The position numbers and the translations under genes were made by a program. Source: a virus. From it: a stretch of DNA of 64,000 nucleotides. The notes under the pieces are model-generated. The model saw only the letters and a program-made list of their open reading frames with translations, searched no databases and was not told where the DNA came from. Shown here in pieces: positions 48,211 to 59,272 of the stretch. Position 1 is the stretch's first letter; every line of letters begins with the position of its first letter. Location of the stretch: positions 32,001 to 96,000 of IMG/VR virus record IMGVR_UViG_3300046004_000518; one strand, written 5' to 3'.

Positions 48211-50235
48211 CTAAACTCTACCAACAACTACTTCAATAACACCCTCAGCGCCATCAAAGTCTTCTAATGCTTTACCAATTACTGATCCAACACGTGGGTT
48301 AGCTTCCGCTCTTGCTTGGCCATTGCCTGCACTTACCATCATATCACCTTTACGTACAGTGCCTTGTACTTTACATGGAACACGACCTTGTAGTGCTAAT
48401 GCCACTACATTGTCGCCAGTTAAACTAGTGTTCATCAAATGTGCCGGAGCAGTGGATACAACACCTGCAACACGTGAGCACATGTCTGCGTCACATTGTG
48501 AAACTTCAAACTCGCCACCAAAGTGTAAGACTGTGCCCGGCTCATAGGCCGCATCAGCTGAATAATTTTCTGCCAAGTCAGCATATTTTGCTGTAGTTGA
48601 AACACCACTAAATGTTGTAGCATATACTGTGGCAAATGTTGAACCAACTCCGCCGATATCGCCAACGCCATTTGTACCGCTTTTTGCAATTGCCGGAGTT
48701 GTGATCTGTGTAGTAAATGTTGGACTTGTACCAAATACTAGTGCACCTGTGCCAGTTTCATCTGTTACAGCTGCTAATAAGTTAGCACTCGATGGAGTTC
48801 CTAAGAATGTTGCTACACCTGTACCAAAGCTGGTAATACCGGTACCACCATTTGCAACAGGTAATGTACCGGTTACATTAGTAGTTAAGCTACAATAAGT
48901 AGTCGAAGTAGATCCAGTACCACCTGATGCTATTGGTAATGTGCCTGTGGTTAATGCACTTGTACTTGATGCATAAACCGCACCATTTAATGTAAATGAT
49001 GTTAATCCAGTGCCGCCAACTGTGGTAGCAACTGTTGTGAATCCCGAACCTAGTGTACCATTGGTCAACGTACCTACCGCTGTAATACTAGGTTGACTTG
49101 CTGTTAATAATGTACCTGTTAAGGTAGTACCTTGAACATTACCTGCATACAAATTGCCAACAACACCTGCTCCACCCTTAACCTGTAGTGCACCTGTTGT
49201 AGTCGATGACGCAGCCTGTGTACTATATAGATAATTAATACCATAGCTAGTTATTGTTGTTTGTACACTTAGGTTAGCTAAGTTACCAACTGTAGTAATA
49301 CTAGTACCACCAGCAATTGTACCAAAAATATTATCAGCAGTAATATTACCAACTATTAGATTGGCATAGTTAAAACTAACATTTGCAGTATCAACCACTG
49401 TAGTTGGTTGCACAGTTAAATTATCAAATAATTTATAGTCACCATCTGTAATATCACGGAACAAACCTGTATATCGTTGTGTACCATCATTATATGTACT
49501 TGTGAAACCAGTATCTAAGCTATCGCCTAGGTTGTTATTGGCCAAGAACACAAACGGAGTATCAATAATTAAACTATCAGATGATGTAGTATTAAATGCA
49601 CCAGCAACTGTAAACGCACCAGATACATCTAAACTACCACCAACAAATATATCTTTTGCAATGCCTACACCGCCACTAACTATTAATGCTCCGGTGGTAG
49701 TATTAGTTGATTGAGTTGTACTTTGTATGTGAGTATCACCGGCAACATGCAGAGCTTGAGCTATGCCAACTCCACCGTTGACTATTAATGCACCAGTTGT
49801 TGGTGATGTAGTAGTCGGGTTGTCAGTTACTGTTACTCTAGTATTACCTGATACAGTAAATCCTAACGTAGTTGTACTAGGCCAATATATACCAGTTGAT
49901 GCAGCATCAGCAGAACGAACTGATGGCTCAACTGAGGTTCCGATTGGAAATGCATTAGCATTAACATTAAGTGTAGCCAGCGCACCAGCTACGTAGGTGA
50001 TATTAATATTAGGTGTACCAGAAGAAGCTGGTTCAGTAACAAATAATATAGTTTTGTTCTGTGCTGTGTAATCAACTTCTGGAATCTGTACGGAGCTACC
50101 AACAAATACTATTAAGTCGGCGGCTTTACTAACAGCACGATCTAGCGCAAATTCGTGATCAACACCATTACCGGTGAGTTGCTGAGTACTGGTAGCAACC
50201 GTTTTCTGTTGAGGTTGTAAACCAATATAAGCCAT
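48211..50235 (-). CDS. Tail fibre with C-terminal chaperone-like domain
   Basis: MAYIG start; TTGAL-x-V-x-GGVG repeats; GTLP-x-x-x-GGTG repeats; KYADLAENY...IEVVVGRV. Confidence 0.8.
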   Translation of the reverse strand: MAYIGLQPQQKTVATSTQQLTGNGVDHEFALDRAVSKAADLIVFVGSSVQIPEVDYTAQNKTILFVTEPASSGTPNINITYVAGALATLNVNANAFPIGTSVEPSVRSADAASTGIYWPSTTTLGFTVSGNTRVTVTDNPTTTSPTTGALIVNGGVGIAQALHVAGDTHIQSTTQSTNTTTGALIVSGGVGIAKDIFVGGSLDVSGAFTVAGAFNTTSSDSLIIDTPFVFLANNNLGDSLDTGFTSTYNDGTQRYTGLFRDITDGDYKLFDNLTVQPTTVVDTANVSFNYANLIVGNITADNIFGTIAGGTSITTVGNLANLSVQTTITSYGINYLYSTQAASSTTTGALQVKGGAGVVGNLYAGNVQGTTLTGTLLTASQPSITAVGTLTNGTLGSGFTTVATTVGGTGLTSFTLNGAVYASSTSALTTGTLPIASGGTGSTSTTYCSLTTNVTGTLPVANGGTGITSFGTGVATFLGTPSSANLLAAVTDETGTGALVFGTSPTFTTQITTPAIAKSGTNGVGDIGGVGSTFATVYATTFSGVSTTAKYADLAENYSADAAYEPGTVLHFGGEFEVSQCDADMCSRVAGVVSTAPAHLMNTSLTGDNVVALALQGRVPCKVQGTVRKGDMMVSAGNGQARAEANPRVGSVIGKALEDFDGAEGVIEVVVGRV

Positions 50236-50236
50236 A

Positions 50237-50569
50237 TTATGTTATCTCCATGATGCTTAAAACTGCGTCAAGTGATGTTGCAGAATCACTTTTAATTTTA
50301 ACTGAATCGCCTTCAGCTAAAATAATTTTTTGTTCGCCACCAATTGGCACTAACGCACCACCTGCGGATATCGGAGCAGCCTTAACAACGTAATAGTCGT
50401 TCGTTCCGTCATTTACTGTAATATCAACTGCTACTGTAGAACCTGATGTATTACAAACAGTTAAACCAACTATTACCGCAGTAGTATCTGCTCCAACAGT
50501 GTAGCTGCCAATTGCCGTTGATGTTACTCCTACGTTTCTACTTAATTTTCTATAAAATGTATTTGCCAT
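50237..50569 (-). CDS. Small virion structural protein
   Basis: MANTF...C-terminal SIMEIT; follows a gene ending in AIALG. Confidence 0.7.
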   Translation of the reverse strand: MANTFYRKLSRNVGVTSTAIGSYTVGADTTAVIVGLTVCNTSGSTVAVDITVNDGTNDYYVVKAAPISAGGALVPIGGEQKIILAEGDSVKIKSDSATSLDAVLSIMEIT

Positions 50570-50573
50570 ATAA

Positions 50574-51761
50574 TTATCCTAATGCGATCGCTAAAGCGGT
50601 TGCGTCATCCGTTGTTGCTACTATTGCTCCACCTACTGTAATTTTGTTTGTAACATCGTTAAAGGTAAGATTTGCACTACCACCTAAATCTCCACTACTA
50701 TTATATTGTATATATGTATCACTACCACCTATTATAACAGCTTTCGATTGTGTGCCACCGCCACCAAATGTAATCTCTGGTGCATTTATAGTACCGGTGC
50801 CATTTAAATTAAAATCTATATTACCGTCTGTGCTTGCTGACAATGTAATAGTTGCACGACCTAAATCTCTATTAGTAGATAATACTAAATTGTATGCACC
50901 AAAACTTGAAATATTAGCTGCTGTACTACCATCACCTACATAAAGATGTGATAGTGCAGTAACAACGCCTGTTCCGCTTGGGTTAAGTTCAATGTTACCA
51001 TCATCACTTTGCACTAATGTAATTTTCGGAGCACCTGCACCTGTGTCATTAGTAGTTAATGTTAAATCATAACTACCTTTAGATGTAACTACGCCAGCGG
51101 CACTACCACTACCAACAGTAACATTTCCTGTAACTGCAAGTGCTGTTAATGTGCCCACGGCGGTAATATTTGGTTGGCTAGCTGTTTGTATATTACCAGT
51201 TAAATTAGTTGCATAGACTTCGGCCCATTTCTGATCGGCGCTACCTAACTGATAAGTTGAATCTGTATTTGGAATAACATTGCTGTTTACATCTGCACCA
51301 AATACAACATTATCTGTATTACTATCACCAAGTGTTAGTGTGCCACCGTTGAGTGTGCTTAAACCATGTACAGTTAAATTACCTTGTACTGTTGCATCAC
51401 CATCTACGTTTAATATGGTTAAATTTCCAACTGAAGTTAAACTAGAATTTACTACGTTTGCGCCTAGTGTTGTTGCATTTAGTACTGACTCGCCAGCGAT
51501 TGCAAATCTATCGCCAGATGCTAAATTAACACCATCTGCATCTACTGTGTGTTCGGTTGTACCGTCAATATTAATAGTTACTGAAGATCCAGAACCTGTA
51601 TCAGTAATACTAACGCTGCTGTCGTTTTTTGAAATTTGACTTACACCAAGATTACCTGTGATGACAACGTTGCCTGAGGTATTGATGTCGCCTGTTGCGG
51701 CATCGATTGTTAGTGGGCCCACCGTAAGTCCGTGATGGACTACGAAATTTTTGTTAGCCAT
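50574..51761 (-). CDS. Tail fibre/virion structural protein
   Basis: MANKNFVVHHGL start, QPNITAVGTL, ends ALAIALG. Confidence 0.75.
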   Translation of the reverse strand: MANKNFVVHHGLTVGPLTIDAATGDINTSGNVVITGNLGVSQISKNDSSVSITDTGSGSSVTINIDGTTEHTVDADGVNLASGDRFAIAGESVLNATTLGANVVNSSLTSVGNLTILNVDGDATVQGNLTVHGLSTLNGGTLTLGDSNTDNVVFGADVNSNVIPNTDSTYQLGSADQKWAEVYATNLTGNIQTASQPNITAVGTLTALAVTGNVTVGSGSAAGVVTSKGSYDLTLTTNDTGAGAPKITLVQSDDGNIELNPSGTGVVTALSHLYVGDGSTAANISSFGAYNLVLSTNRDLGRATITLSASTDGNIDFNLNGTGTINAPEITFGGGGTQSKAVIIGGSDTYIQYNSSGDLGGSANLTFNDVTNKITVGGAIVATTDDATALAIALG

Positions 51762-51809
51762 TGTTCCATATCTCCCGAATGTGCTAGTATACAGTTATTT
51801 ATGCTAGCC

Positions 51810-51841
51810 AAAAAAATAGCACCCTTGGGGGTGCTATTTTT
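51810..51841. terminator. Intrinsic terminator after groEL
   Basis: aaaaaaatagcaccc-ttgg-gggtgctattttt. Confidence 0.85.
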
Positions 51842-51863
51842 AGAACAATTAACTAACAGTTAA

Positions 51864-53775
<1,912 letters not shown>

Positions 53776-53838
53776 TTGTTACTCCTTTATTAAGCAAATA
53801 AAAATATGTACACGCCCTAAGTTAGGCACGAAATACAT

Positions 53839-53867
53839 AGTGTATTACAGATAATTACTTATGTCAA
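53839..53867 (-). promoter_or_regulatory. sigma70-type promoter for groES-groEL
   Basis: TTGACA-17-TACACT. Confidence 0.6.
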
Positions 53868-54289
53868 CTGTTTTCTCTACTTGTTTGTTCTTGATACCAA
53901 TCTGCCAAGTCCTCACATAATGGCATTGTTAATGGTAAAAATTCAGCAGGCGCATCGATAAATTTAATGAAGTGCTCTTCTCGAAGCTCAGTGATAAATT
54001 CTAGCAAATCTTCGAGATCAATATCGCAAATCCATTCACTAAGACCTGCTTCTGCGCTTGATATTTTATCTTTAAAATAACGTTTGAATTGTCGCTCTGC
54101 TATACGAATTTGATTTTCATCTCCAAGCCATACTCGCATGAAACTTTCTTCCCAAACCGGACCTACAGCATTCTGGTATGTAGCAAGTCGTGATCGAGCA
54201 GTGGTTAGTTGAGCAATGCCCACTTTGAAGTGACGAGGGTCAACAACCCCTGGGCACTTCTTAAAGTATAGAATGTAGTCTTTAATCAT
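53864..54289 (-). CDS. Hypothetical, T5orf172/GIY-YIG-like
   Basis: LYF...FKVGI...RL-x-x-YQ...E...SEW pattern. Confidence 0.5.
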   Translation of the reverse strand: MIKDYILYFKKCPGVVDPRHFKVGIAQLTTARSRLATYQNAVGPVWEESFMRVWLGDENQIRIAERQFKRYFKDKISSAEAGLSEWICDIDLEDLLEFITELREEHFIKFIDAPAEFLPLTMPLCEDLADWYQEQTSRENS

Positions 54290-55392
54290 TTTACAGGGTA
54301 CGTAGCTTCAGGTTGTGCTAACTTGAAACCGCCTTTGCCATGTTTGTTATAGGTAAGGATTAACCCGCTTGTAACAACTTCAGGGTGCCCTGCTAGTGAA
54401 CCAAAGTGATTAATATACTGTGCCTTAAAACCAGTAGTTTCGTCGTGTACTACATCAGCCGGACCATAGTTACTTTTAAGAATGTTACCTAATTCAACAT
54501 CAAACGCTGGCGGTAACAATACGCCTGTGTCTAATTCTGTTCGCTGATACAACCGTGCCATACTAAGCATAACAATTGGTTGAATTTCTTCTTTAGGCCA
54601 AGTGGTGCGAAAAAAGTTTAGTGCTTTTGCCAAGTAAAGTCCTTTAAGGCTTGAACTAGCTTGTAAGAGATTATATGCTCCGTATAAGTGATTAATATGG
54701 CTAATGTCACCTGCTTTGGAACTAGTACGACGAATTCGTACATTGTTAGTATCACAAATCGATTGGATTCTTGTGGGTTCTTCGTGGCCACAATCAACAC
54801 CAATCATGTGTGCGTCATATAAACTCAGTTCACGCTTGCCGCTCTTGTTAATAGTAATCATACTGTTACCAGCATGGCTAATTAGAATCTTTGTTGCTTC
54901 CTCTAAAGAATGTGTGTCATCAATTTGAGCTTCGGTGTACCATACAGGCATATGAGTCCAACCCTGACGTTCACATACTCGAGTAGTGTGATGGCCATCC
55001 CAAAACAAAAACTTGCCTGAAATTGGATCTTTAATGGCGCATGGCACAATAATCGTTTCTGTTTTGAATAATGATTCAATTTTAGCAATATGGTTTGGCA
55101 TAACGTCACGTTGGAAACGTGGATTAATAGCAATATCGTCCATGGCTACCCAAGCAAATTTAGGAACATTAAGTTGTCTTGGGTCAACAGACAAGCGTAG
55201 AGCAGGCGCTGGGCCAACTACAGCGGCTACTGCTTCACCGATATCCTTGTTAGGGATAATACCGTTAGGATAGTTTTCAGACATGACCCGAAGATCAATC
55301 GCTGTATCATCGATTTCAAATTTAGTAGCAAAAGGTGCTAAAAATTTAGCAATACGTTGTTCTTTAAGTTTTGTTTTACTAATCTTAGCCAT
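54286..55392 (-). CDS. ParB/Srx-like (DGQHR-like) domain protein
   Basis: INPRFQRDV...FWDGHHT motif pair. Confidence 0.6.
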   Translation of the reverse strand: MAKISKTKLKEQRIAKFLAPFATKFEIDDTAIDLRVMSENYPNGIIPNKDIGEAVAAVVGPAPALRLSVDPRQLNVPKFAWVAMDDIAINPRFQRDVMPNHIAKIESLFKTETIIVPCAIKDPISGKFLFWDGHHTTRVCERQGWTHMPVWYTEAQIDDTHSLEEATKILISHAGNSMITINKSGKRELSLYDAHMIGVDCGHEEPTRIQSICDTNNVRIRRTSSKAGDISHINHLYGAYNLLQASSSLKGLYLAKALNFFRTTWPKEEIQPIVMLSMARLYQRTELDTGVLLPPAFDVELGNILKSNYGPADVVHDETTGFKAQYINHFGSLAGHPEVVTSGLILTYNKHGKGGFKLAQPEATYPVK

Positions 55393-55427
55393 ATGTATTC
55401 TCTCTTAGTTGTTAACTTACAAATGCT

Positions 55428-55455
55428 ATTATACACTCTTTTATAGAATTGTCAA
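55428..55455 (-). promoter_or_regulatory. sigma70 promoter
   Basis: TTGACA-16-TATAAT. Confidence 0.7.
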
Positions 55456-55457
55456 GC

Positions 55458-55487
55458 AAAAAGAAAGCCCACCGAAGTGAGCTTCCT
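55458..55487 (-). terminator. Intrinsic terminator of tmRNA
   Basis: AGGAAGCTCAC-TTCG-GTGGGCTTTC-TTTTT on minus strand. Confidence 0.85.
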
Positions 55488-55850
55488 ACTAGTTTTGATT
55501 ACAAGGTATAGTTACCCCGTGGTGTTTGTTTCTTAGGCAAACGTTGCTGTTTTAGTAGCAGAACCGAAGCGGAAGCCACGACCCATAGATACTTTTACAG
55601 CACCAGTTGTAGATGTTTTTGCATTTACAAGATTTTGTATTTTACGTGACCCCACGTGTTGAGTTGTTATCCTATCTCACGCTGTCGAAACCTGGTCAGG
55701 CCCATCAGAAGCATACTATCTCGCTAAAGACATAATCCTTACGGGACCTTAGTGACAATATACTTTTGGTGGACCTGGGCGGAATCGAACCGCCGTCCAA
55801 CATGTATTACTTTACAACTTTGCCTTACGGCTACAACAATTTCTTTAGTA
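55488..55850 (-). ncRNA. ssrA: Circularly permuted (two-piece) tmRNA; outer ends approximate
   Basis: Acceptor piece ends ...GACGGCGGTTCGATTCCGCCCAGGTCCACCA (CCA at 55767). It lies upstream of the coding piece, which starts GGGCCTGACCAGGTTTCGAC at 55703. 7-bp acceptor stem with G3:U; tag frame 55622-55533. Confidence 0.9.
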
Positions 55851-55858
55851 CTAGTGTA

Positions 55859-56062
55859 TTACACTGGTACAATATTCGAAGCTTGCTTGCCCTTAGGACC
55901 TTGTGTTACTTCAAACTTTACTGCTTGGTTTTCTGCTAGTGTTTTGAAACCTGTGCTCTCAATTGCTGAGAAGTGAGCAAATAAATCCTCACCTCCTGCG
56001 TCTGGAGTGATAAATCCAAAACCTTTTGAATCCGAAAACCATTTTACTTTACCTGTTGCCAT
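55859..56062 (-). CDS. cspA: Cold shock protein
   Basis: GKVKWF, KGFGFI (RNP1), LFAHFSAI (RNP2), GPKGKQA. Confidence 0.95.
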   Translation of the reverse strand: MATGKVKWFSDSKGFGFITPDAGGEDLFAHFSAIESTGFKTLAENQAVKFEVTQGPKGKQASNIVPV

Positions 56063-56133
56063 TACTGTTACTTCCTTTATATTTAATTTACTACATAACT
56101 ATAATAACATACTATAATCACGTAGTCAACTAT

Positions 56134-56265
56134 TTATTGCATAGTTTCAGTATGTTTGTGTTTTAAAGACTTTTTGAGTATTTTTAGCCACAATTTCTTT
56201 TGTTTTGTTACATTGTGTCGTACACAGGCTCTATACATTTTTCTTACTAGTTTACGTGTTTTCAT
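56134..56265 (-). CDS. Small basic hypothetical protein (43 aa; not in ORF track)
   Basis: MKTRKLVRKMYRACVRHN...; AGGA RBS. Confidence 0.5.
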   Translation of the reverse strand: MKTRKLVRKMYRACVRHNVTKQKKLWLKILKKSLKHKHTETMQ

Positions 56266-56273
56266 TTTACTTC

Positions 56274-56702
56274 CTACGGTTTTACTACAATTGGCGGTAA
56301 TGTCATTTCAATTGTACCATTACTAAGATATCTCTTCTTTTCTGTACTAAAATTTCGTTGCATAAATGTTGCTCTGCCGCCTTCTACCCACCAAGTATTA
56401 ACCAACGGTATAACACGTATAGTAGGTGCTGGACCTGCTCCTTCTGACTTTGACATCAGCTGGGTTGGAATTTCAGAAGTGTCTGGACTATTCCAACATC
56501 CTTCATGATTGACCAAATCAGAACTTTCCGTAGCATAAGCACGATACGGATATTCTTCTGCCATCTTCTCAACAGTACATGGTCGTGTAGTTAACACAAC
56601 AACCCCACCGGCATCATCGGGCATGTACATTTCCTTAGGCAATTCAGCTGCCGCCACAGACTGAAATAACGATGCTGTTAACAATAATAGTATTTTACGC
56701 AT
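56274..56702 (-). CDS. Secreted hypothetical protein
   Basis: Signal peptide, Cys pair (RPC...EGCW), AGGAGG RBS. Confidence 0.7.
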   Translation of the reverse strand: MRKILLLLTASLFQSVAAAELPKEMYMPDDAGGVVVLTTRPCTVEKMAEEYPYRAYATESSDLVNHEGCWNSPDTSEIPTQLMSKSEGAGPAPTIRVIPLVNTWWVEGGRATFMQRNFSTEKKRYLSNGTIEMTLPPIVVKP

Positions 56703-56798
56703 TCTGTATTCCTCCTATCGAGCGTCGGAAAAATAACAGGGCGCCGTTATCAGTATTTAACCTTTAAGGTGTAAATATTTTGTAACAGAATTATACTA

Positions 56799-57107
56799 TT
56801 ATGCAACTATACCCACCCGTGCTCGAATTGCTTCTAAACTGATTGCCGGCTTAGTAACCCTAACAGTATTATATTTCTCATCCGATAGGTTAATTGCTTC
56901 TGCATATCGAGCTGTCTGCATTAAGTCAGTGGTTTTAAGATACGCAACCACTCCTGCTTTAGTCAACGGAGCCGCTAGTTCAATTAATTCGATATCAGTA
57001 TGACCTGATTTAATTAACATCTTAACTCGACTAACAAAATCATTAGCAAAGCGTACTTTGGTAACGCCATTTAATGTTGAAACCCCTGCTACTTTAAATA
57101 AAGACAT
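56799..57107 (-). CDS. Hypothetical protein
   Basis: FKVAGVS...KVRFAND...GHTDIELIEL. Confidence 0.7.
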   Translation of the reverse strand: MSLFKVAGVSTLNGVTKVRFANDFVSRVKMLIKSGHTDIELIELAAPLTKAGVVAYLKTTDLMQTARYAEAINLSDEKYNTVRVTKPAISLEAIRARVGIVA

Positions 57108-57115
57108 ACTATCTC

Positions 57116-57310
57116 CTAAAGACGACGTGGAAGTGCCGATAGCCCGCGGATTATCTCACACAATTTATCAATGTCGGATACAATTAATCTTGTATCTACC
57201 CAATTATCATCATCTGTGTGACCAGAATATTGTAAAGTAAATCCATTGTCATATAAACTGACATTAAACTCATTTACATTTTTTGTTATTCCATTATTTG
57301 TTATTGCCAT
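57116..57310 (-). CDS. Hypothetical; likely start MAITN at 57310
   Basis: AGGAGAA RBS. Confidence 0.6.
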   Translation of the reverse strand: MAITNNGITKNVNEFNVSLYDNGFTLQYSGHTDDDNWVDTRLIVSDIDKLCEIIRGLSALPRRL

Positions 57311-57321
57311 TTTATTTCTCC

Positions 57322-57516
57322 TTAACCAATGTGACGTGCGTATTGAATAATACAACGATTAGCACCACCATTCATATTACGTACTTGATGTTCTGCATAA
57401 TCTTGGTTTGGTGCTTCTACTACAACAACATAATTACTTGGACCATCAGTGCCTTGAATACTACCACCTTCATTAAGTCCACGTGCTAAAGTTTTGTAAC
57501 TAACTTCGAATCGCAT
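57322..57516 (-). CDS. Hypothetical early protein
   Basis: AGGAGAA RBS, promoter upstream. Confidence 0.65.
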   Translation of the reverse strand: MRFEVSYKTLARGLNEGGSIQGTDGPSNYVVVVEAPNQDYAEHQVRNMNGGANRCIIQYARHIG

Positions 57517-57552
57517 TTTAATTCTCCTGTTGTTTAATTAACTTACAAACAT

Positions 57553-57581
57553 ATTATACTACCACTTAACCAAAAAGTCAA
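57553..57581 (-). promoter_or_regulatory. sigma70 promoter
   Basis: TTGACT-17-TATAAT. Confidence 0.85.
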
Positions 57582-57588
57582 CCAAAAT

Positions 57589-57978
57589 TTATGCGACCCA
57601 CCCTTGACCAGTAATTTCATGTAGCCACGGATAAAAACTAGGAATCCGCATAGTCCACTCACCGTTAAAATTTAAGTAACTGGTAGTAGGTTTTGCTACA
57701 GTATCCTGATATAAAGGAATAATTTCGTGGCCGTCAATAATAACTTTAACTTCTACTGCTTCTGGATGCTGGCGTGTTACAATAACCTTAATTTCAATAG
57801 GACCATCAATTGGATAACCTTTAACTAGGATTGATTTATTACTATCTAATAGCCCATCGTGTACTACCTGCCCATTAATCAAGGCCACACAAACACACTT
57901 ATCAACAGGTGTTAGTATTAACTCTATAATAGAAGTTAATTGAGGTTTAATAGCCGTAGCTTCTGAGAAATTCTTCAT
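57589..57978 (-). CDS. Hypothetical; likely start MKNF at 57978
   Basis: ORF overlapping the end of the radical SAM gene. Confidence 0.6.
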   Translation of the reverse strand: MKNFSEATAIKPQLTSIIELILTPVDKCVCVALINGQVVHDGLLDSNKSILVKGYPIDGPIEIKVIVTRQHPEAVEVKVIIDGHEIIPLYQDTVAKPTTSYLNFNGEWTMRIPSFYPWLHEITGQGWVA

Positions 57979-59272
57979 ATTCCGGTAAATGATCCAATAT
58001 ATTATTGTTGTGTACTTGTTCAAATGCCTTGGTAAACTTAACTAGATTCGCACGTTCTTGTTCGCAGTCTAAGGGCACCTGTATAGCTTCTAAGAGCTGT
58101 TTATACTCAAAGATTAAGTTGCTGATCACAGGTCTTACAAGGTCTTCTCTACGGCGATTAATTATGGTTTCATTCGGAACCAAACTATGCCGTTGGATTA
58201 CTTGATCTAATTTTGCTACGGCAGTCTTACGTAGATCATTGGGCAACAGTTCAATGCGCAGGCAAGTGGGATCGCTAAGAATATTGCAACTTTCAGCAAT
58301 AACGCCATTGACCAACATGTACTCAAACACTTGATCTAAATGATATATGGTATAGATGCTAGGTGTAATACGTAAGGTAATTTGTATGCCTGTAGAATCA
58401 CGTAGTGCTAGAAAACGATCTAGATTATGTTTAACTTCATCAATCTTACTTGGATAGCGTATATAATCGTTTAGTGAGTCGAATGTTTCTATACTAACGC
58501 CTAGATGAAACTGTTTAAACTCACTTATAATATCAGCAAGTTCATCACTGTAGATAGTACCATTGGTAGTAATGCCCACAATGATATCACGGCTAATACC
58601 TGCGGCAATTAATGCTGAACATATACGATAAAAGCTCTTTAGATAAAGTGTTTCTCCACCTAAAAAGTGTAGATACTTAAGACCTTTTATTTCTATTAAC
58701 TCAGTAACAAACTTATCTACTAACTCATCATTGTCTGACCAATTCTTAAAACGATCATAGGTTTTAAAAATTGTAGGCTCAATAGCTGTTAACTGTTCAT
58801 ACTCTTTAGTTAGACGACTGCTGTAGGTAGGATTACACATGATACAGCTACTATTACAAGTATTACCTAGATCAATTTGAATATCAACTGGCGTGCGATT
58901 GATTTGCCCATCATTCTTATACGAGTAATTAAAATTTGACCAATGCGGACTGCTGACAAATGTCTTATTAAAGTTATCTACAGTAACAGCACTTTTCAGT
59001 AGTTGCCGTTGACGACCACTAACTTTATTATGCTGATCTTCGTAATAACAGCCCTGGCATTCTGTACTAGGAATACCGGATAGTTGCTGTGTACGAAACG
59101 CACACATTGTAGGACTGTTCATAAACTCTGCAATTGATGTGTCGCAGATATTGTAATCACTTTGCCCGTCACCTGGTCGCCATTCACTCATCCAACGACA
59201 GGGAATGTAATAGCCTGCTGGCGTTATTCTAAAGTGGAACCAAGGACTGGAGCAAAATGTATCTTTAAGCAT
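57947..59272 (-). CDS. Radical SAM protein with N-terminal SPASM/twitch-like Cys cluster
   Basis: CNSSCIMC (CxxxCxxC), GGET, TTNGT, YIRYPS; N-terminal FCSSPW...PC...CQGCY. Confidence 0.88.
   Translation of the reverse strand: MLKDTFCSSPWFHFRITPAGYYIPCRWMSEWRPGDGQSDYNICDTSIAEFMNSPTMCAFRTQQLSGIPSTECQGCYYEDQHNKVSGRQRQLLKSAVTVDNFNKTFVSSPHWSNFNYSYKNDGQINRTPVDIQIDLGNTCNSSCIMCNPTYSSRLTKEYEQLTAIEPTIFKTYDRFKNWSDNDELVDKFVTELIEIKGLKYLHFLGGETLYLKSFYRICSALIAAGISRDIIVGITTNGTIYSDELADIISEFKQFHLGVSIETFDSLNDYIRYPSKIDEVKHNLDRFLALRDSTGIQITLRITPSIYTIYHLDQVFEYMLVNGVIAESCNILSDPTCLRIELLPNDLRKTAVAKLDQVIQRHSLVPNETIINRRREDLVRPVISNLIFEYKQLLEAIQVPLDCEQERANLVKFTKAFEQVHNNNILDHLPEYEEFLRSYGY

Noticed and set aside
30891-48641. 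Diversity-generating retroelement TR/VR pair
   Set aside because: Both copies are in-frame coding, the four mismatches are synonymous and not adenine-specific, and no reverse transcriptase is in the window
55767-55798. tRNA gene suggested by T-arm and CCA
   Set aside because: No D-arm or anticodon arm upstream; its pairing partner lies downstream, so it is the acceptor piece of a permuted tmRNA
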